Below, one piece after another: positions 61,101-64,000 of a DNA stretch of 64,000 bases. The notes beneath the pieces were generated by a model. That model worked only from the letters and a program-made list of their open reading frames with translations. It was not told the DNA's origin and ran no database searches. The DNA is taken from positions 170,810,001 to 170,874,000 of the forward strand of contig OZ038378.1 of NCBI GenBank assembly GCA_964036045.1, given 5' to 3'. The DNA is from Eutreptiella sp. 'Long Island Sound 2002'. Lineage: Eukaryota > Protista > Euglenida. Each line of letters starts with the position of its first letter. Positions within the stretch are counted from its first letter, which is position 1. Made by a program: the position numbers and the translations under genes.

Positions 61101-62563
61101 AGGCGGGGGACTCCTCAGTTAGGACGCGGAGTACCCCCACAACTAACTATTGGCCGGAGGCCCCCTTGGGGGGGGCTGTGAGGGGGGTCCTAACCCTAGC
61201 CTAGGGATGGGCGCCAAAGGCCCACAAAGGCGCCCGAAGGAAAATTTTGTCCACTTAACCCCCACTCCGTGGACTTTAGATGCAGTGGGGCGTCCCTCGC
61301 ACAGGAACTGGATGGAAGGTGCATGAACGCGTCCCAATGCAACGCTGCGCCTTCCGTCGCTGCAATCCGGGCCATTCGCAGGCGCAGCGGACCAAACAGT
61401 TGGGGCGCTGGGCGGACAGACCTCCTGCCTCTGAAGTCCTGCGGACGGCGGCGGCAGTGCCTTGTGTGGCAAGGTCTGCTCGAGCTTGCGGCGCATCTTG
61501 CGCTCCAGCCAGTCCAGCCGCTCCTCCTCCGTCTTGACCATTGGATCCGCATCATTGTACTCTGAAGAGACCAAAGATGCCGCCGACGTCGACGGAAAGA
61601 GTGCAAGAGGCCTGGGGTGGGCAGGGCGCAGGAAGTGCTGAAAGCCGGGGGCAAGGGGGTGTGTGTGTGTGTGTGTGTGTGCGCGCTGCTCGCTGCCTTC
61701 CCATGCGCCCAGTGTAGGTGCGGCACAGAGGCGGCCTCCATTCCAAACACGCCCCAACTGGACCTCTGTGTGAGCTAACAAGAACGGGGGGGAGGGGGGC
61801 AGAGGGGGTCCAGGGGATGGGGGGGGCAAGGGCAGGCGATCGCTTCTCCCGCAACAGAAATTCCGAGCCATCCCGGGGCAACTTGCCATCTCGGGTTTTT
61901 GTGCCTCGTAGAAAAGGGTGGTGAAGATTGGTAGGGCCGCCGGCAACCGCTTTTGCCAGCGCGCCTGACAACTCCTCCGGCCCCGCTGTACGACGGCGCG
62001 TGTTCTGCGGGTGCAAACCACAGCATCCTGGACAGACTGTCATCTGAGCATCCGGCACCGCCCGATGATCCGAGCCATCGCCCCACATATCCAGTCATTT
62101 GGCCAACCTCAGCCACGCCCCCTCCCCTGGTTACTCTCACCCCACGCTCCTCCGTGCGGTAGACGCGGGTGCTCGACGGCTGAGGAGGATTTGATATCGC
62201 TGTCCACAGTTGGGACCGTGTCAGAAGAGGTGCACAAGGCTCACGACCGGTGGTCCAGGACACTGACGGTGCAATGAGACGCGCCACACCATCCTTCTTG
62301 ATCTCCACCTGCTCCACCTTTTGACTGTACTCTTCCTCGCACGTCACACAGCGGCTGGCGAAAAAAACATCGGAGTACGCCGTCGTGAACAGCTCCACTG
62401 CAGACTTGTTCCAGTCCAGGAGCTCAGGAGTGCCGTCCGTGGCAAATGCAGGCATCACGGGGCCAAGCACCTCCTCGACGGAGTATCCCAAAAGCTGCAC
62501 GAGCTCCAGCCAAAGCACTGCAGACTTGATCTTGGCGTACTGCTTGCAAGGCGAGGCAAGGGC
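40928..62563 (-). CDS. Gene 2 (probable 5' half) candidate exons: 62563-62141, ~61560-61290, 57731-57477, 55200-55029, 54425-54354, 53626-53496, 51429-51286, 49382-~49313, 48499-48264, 47829-47621, 47436-47300, 47072-~46800, ~46103-46029, 44025-43954, 42811-42733, 42629-42533, 41712-41605, 41341-41175, 41034-40928
   Basis: Protein-like frames bounded by AG/GT. Several runs are phase-consistent (57477>55200>54425>53626>51429>49382; 48264>47829>47436; 46029>44025>42811>42629; 41605>41341>41034). Some joins are unresolved, so continuity with the 3' half is inferred. Confidence 0.55.
45655..45815. repeat. GC-rich imperfect foldback (GGCGGTTCGGC...CGGCCGGTTAGG / CCTAACCGGCCG...GCCGAACCGCC)
   Basis: Arms at ~45672-45706 and ~45760-45784 are reverse complements apart from an indel. 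Confidence 0.7.
48520..49270. repeat. 10-bp satellite (CTCTCCAATC-type) with an internal inverted block at ~48858-49045
   Basis: 10-bp periodicity is visible in register; orientation flips C-rich > G-rich (ATTGGAGAGG) > C-rich. Confidence 0.9.
57477..57731 (-). CDS. Exon encoding an RRM-like domain (DPSLTVRLVGVLEDTPDLEVHNAFRHV...GSWLVDLDHPEHVAHSLRNG...)
   Basis: 85 codons between TGTGCAG| and GAG|GTATGT, phase 0-0. The beta-alpha-beta-beta-alpha-beta-like pattern is recognised by eye only. Confidence 0.6.
58380..58716. repeat. Dispersed repeat family (TTTTGAGTA...CCCACAAAACCCATTGTT...AACCATTTTGGGGT); relatives at ~8510-8672, ~21060-21100, ~27170-27320, ~27985-28030, ~62880-62935
   Basis: Shared 25-40-nt motifs recur at these positions. 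Confidence 0.8.
58769..59541 (-). mobile_element. hAT-derived non-autonomous element with 17-bp TIR CAG(A/G)CCTCCTAAGTAGC and a remnant hATC dimerisation domain
   Basis: TIR has one mismatch; subterminal GTCACC repeats. Frameshifted minus-strand fragments WCAS..RQQF..DVQKKCL / TAS...LFSSAGK / KEQIFF. The 8-bp flanks match only 5/8. Confidence 0.6.
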
Positions 62564-62672
62564 CTGCAAATGTAATTCACGAGAGTTCACGGAGGGTTCA
62601 GCCTGCCCAAGACGGGAACGAAAAGCCCCATGTCAGGGACGAGGGGCTGTTCCATAACGACTGGGGTAGGCT

Positions 62673-63042
62673 GGCTTTCAATTGGGAGAGGGGGGGGGGT
62701 CGATAGAGCCCCCTGGCCAGACCCCCCCCCAAAAGGGGATCAATTTTCAGGACCCCCAAAATCTAGGCCTTGGAGATGATCCAGACCCAAAAATCGGCAA
62801 AGAAAAATGAAAATGGGATTTTTGGAAGCAGCGTGTCGAGGGGGTTCAGAAAATACATCATTTGCCATATATTTGGTGAAGAAAAAATTTGACCATTTTA
62901 GTGCTCAAAAAAATTTGCAGCGCCTTTGGCACCGGAGTTCATCATAACTAATTAATGGTCCTGGCAATTGAGCCCTTTTCCCAGACCCCCCCCTCCCAGT
63001 TTTGGGGGGCTCTATTGACCCCCCCCCCCCCAGTTGAAAGCC
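62673..63042. mobile_element. ~370-bp MITE with long TIR GGCTTTCAA(T/C)TGG-Gn-TC(G/A)ATAGAGCCCC
   Basis: 62673-62712 is inverted relative to 63004-63042 with few mismatches. Confidence 0.8.
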
Positions 63043-63415
63043 CTACTGCCCCTGGTTGGTGACCATGTGGTGCAACTGGTGTCCAGTGCCATGCCTTTTG
63101 TGGGTCCTGAGTGAGGTCTGTCTGGGGGGGCAATATATGTTGGGGGCTGGGGTGGGGCAGTGGGGATGGGGGGAGCGGGGGGGGGGGGGGTGCATTTTGT
63201 GGGTGAGTGTGGGATGTCCTGCTGCTCACATTTGCAGATTTGCAGATTCGCAGAGTTGCAGATTCCTGCCAGCGCTGACCGAGGCCTCACATCCCCAGAC
63301 TGTGAAGTCTGGAGGGCGCTCCCCACCACAAATGATGTTGCCATGCAACAATCAGCCAGGGGATTGCAGATCACCAGGCGTCACACGTCAGCAGCGGGCT
63401 GCGTTGTGTTGCTGG

Positions 63416-63680
<265 letters not shown>

Positions 63681-64000
63681 TCTGTACTTTTAGAGGTGGA
63701 TCCTTGTGCAGCGTTGGGCTGGACGCCTCATTTGGCTCAGGTCTGCTGAGGCCTCTTTGTGACGTTGTTTCCCTCCCTTCTGCGGAATCAGAACCTCTGT
63801 ATTTTGCTGGCTAGGTATCCAGAGTGTTCGCTCTCCCGTGCCTCGTCACGAAAAGCGGGCGGGCGACATCCTCGACCACGGTCTCCTCCAGCCCCCGTGG
63901 AACTGGGGCTGGTGGGGACGGAGGGGGGGGTGTTTTCGGCCTCCTGCGTTTGGGGGCTGGAGGGGTGGGGGGTTGGTGTGGGGACCTCAGCAGACCCGTA

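Overview
Eukaryotic, intron-rich and repeat-rich nuclear DNA, with GT-AG introns, many poly-G/poly-C tracts and TTAGGG-type repeats. A euglenid origin is an inference from a spliced-leader-like 5'UTR motif and the repeat landscape, not proven. Two minus-strand multi-exon genes can be traced by splice-phase logic. (1) A multi-pass membrane protein (ATG ~5102, running off the left edge) with a C-terminal CxxxCGxC motif and an SL-like 11-mer in its 16-nt 5'UTR. (2) A very large gene, or gene pair, from >=62.5 kb to the stop at 14485. It includes an RRM-like exon, helical/coiled-coil and K/D/S-rich segments, a Q/H/P/M-rich region and about 38 RDDFGKG-type C-terminal repeats. Introns and the intergenic gap hold many mobile elements: a pogo/DDE_1-type transposon with a related MITE, GGG-ended TIR elements with 3-bp TSDs (one carrying a Tudor/SH3-like fragment), a hAT derivative, other MITEs, decayed tyrosine-recombinase and non-LTR-like fragments, and a tRNA-Trp-derived sequence. 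Also present are two tandem ~1.15-kb inverted-repeat-bounded units punctuated by telomeric repeats, a 10-bp satellite with an internal inversion and a ~260-bp (GT)n tract. All calls are from manual reading; no searches were run.
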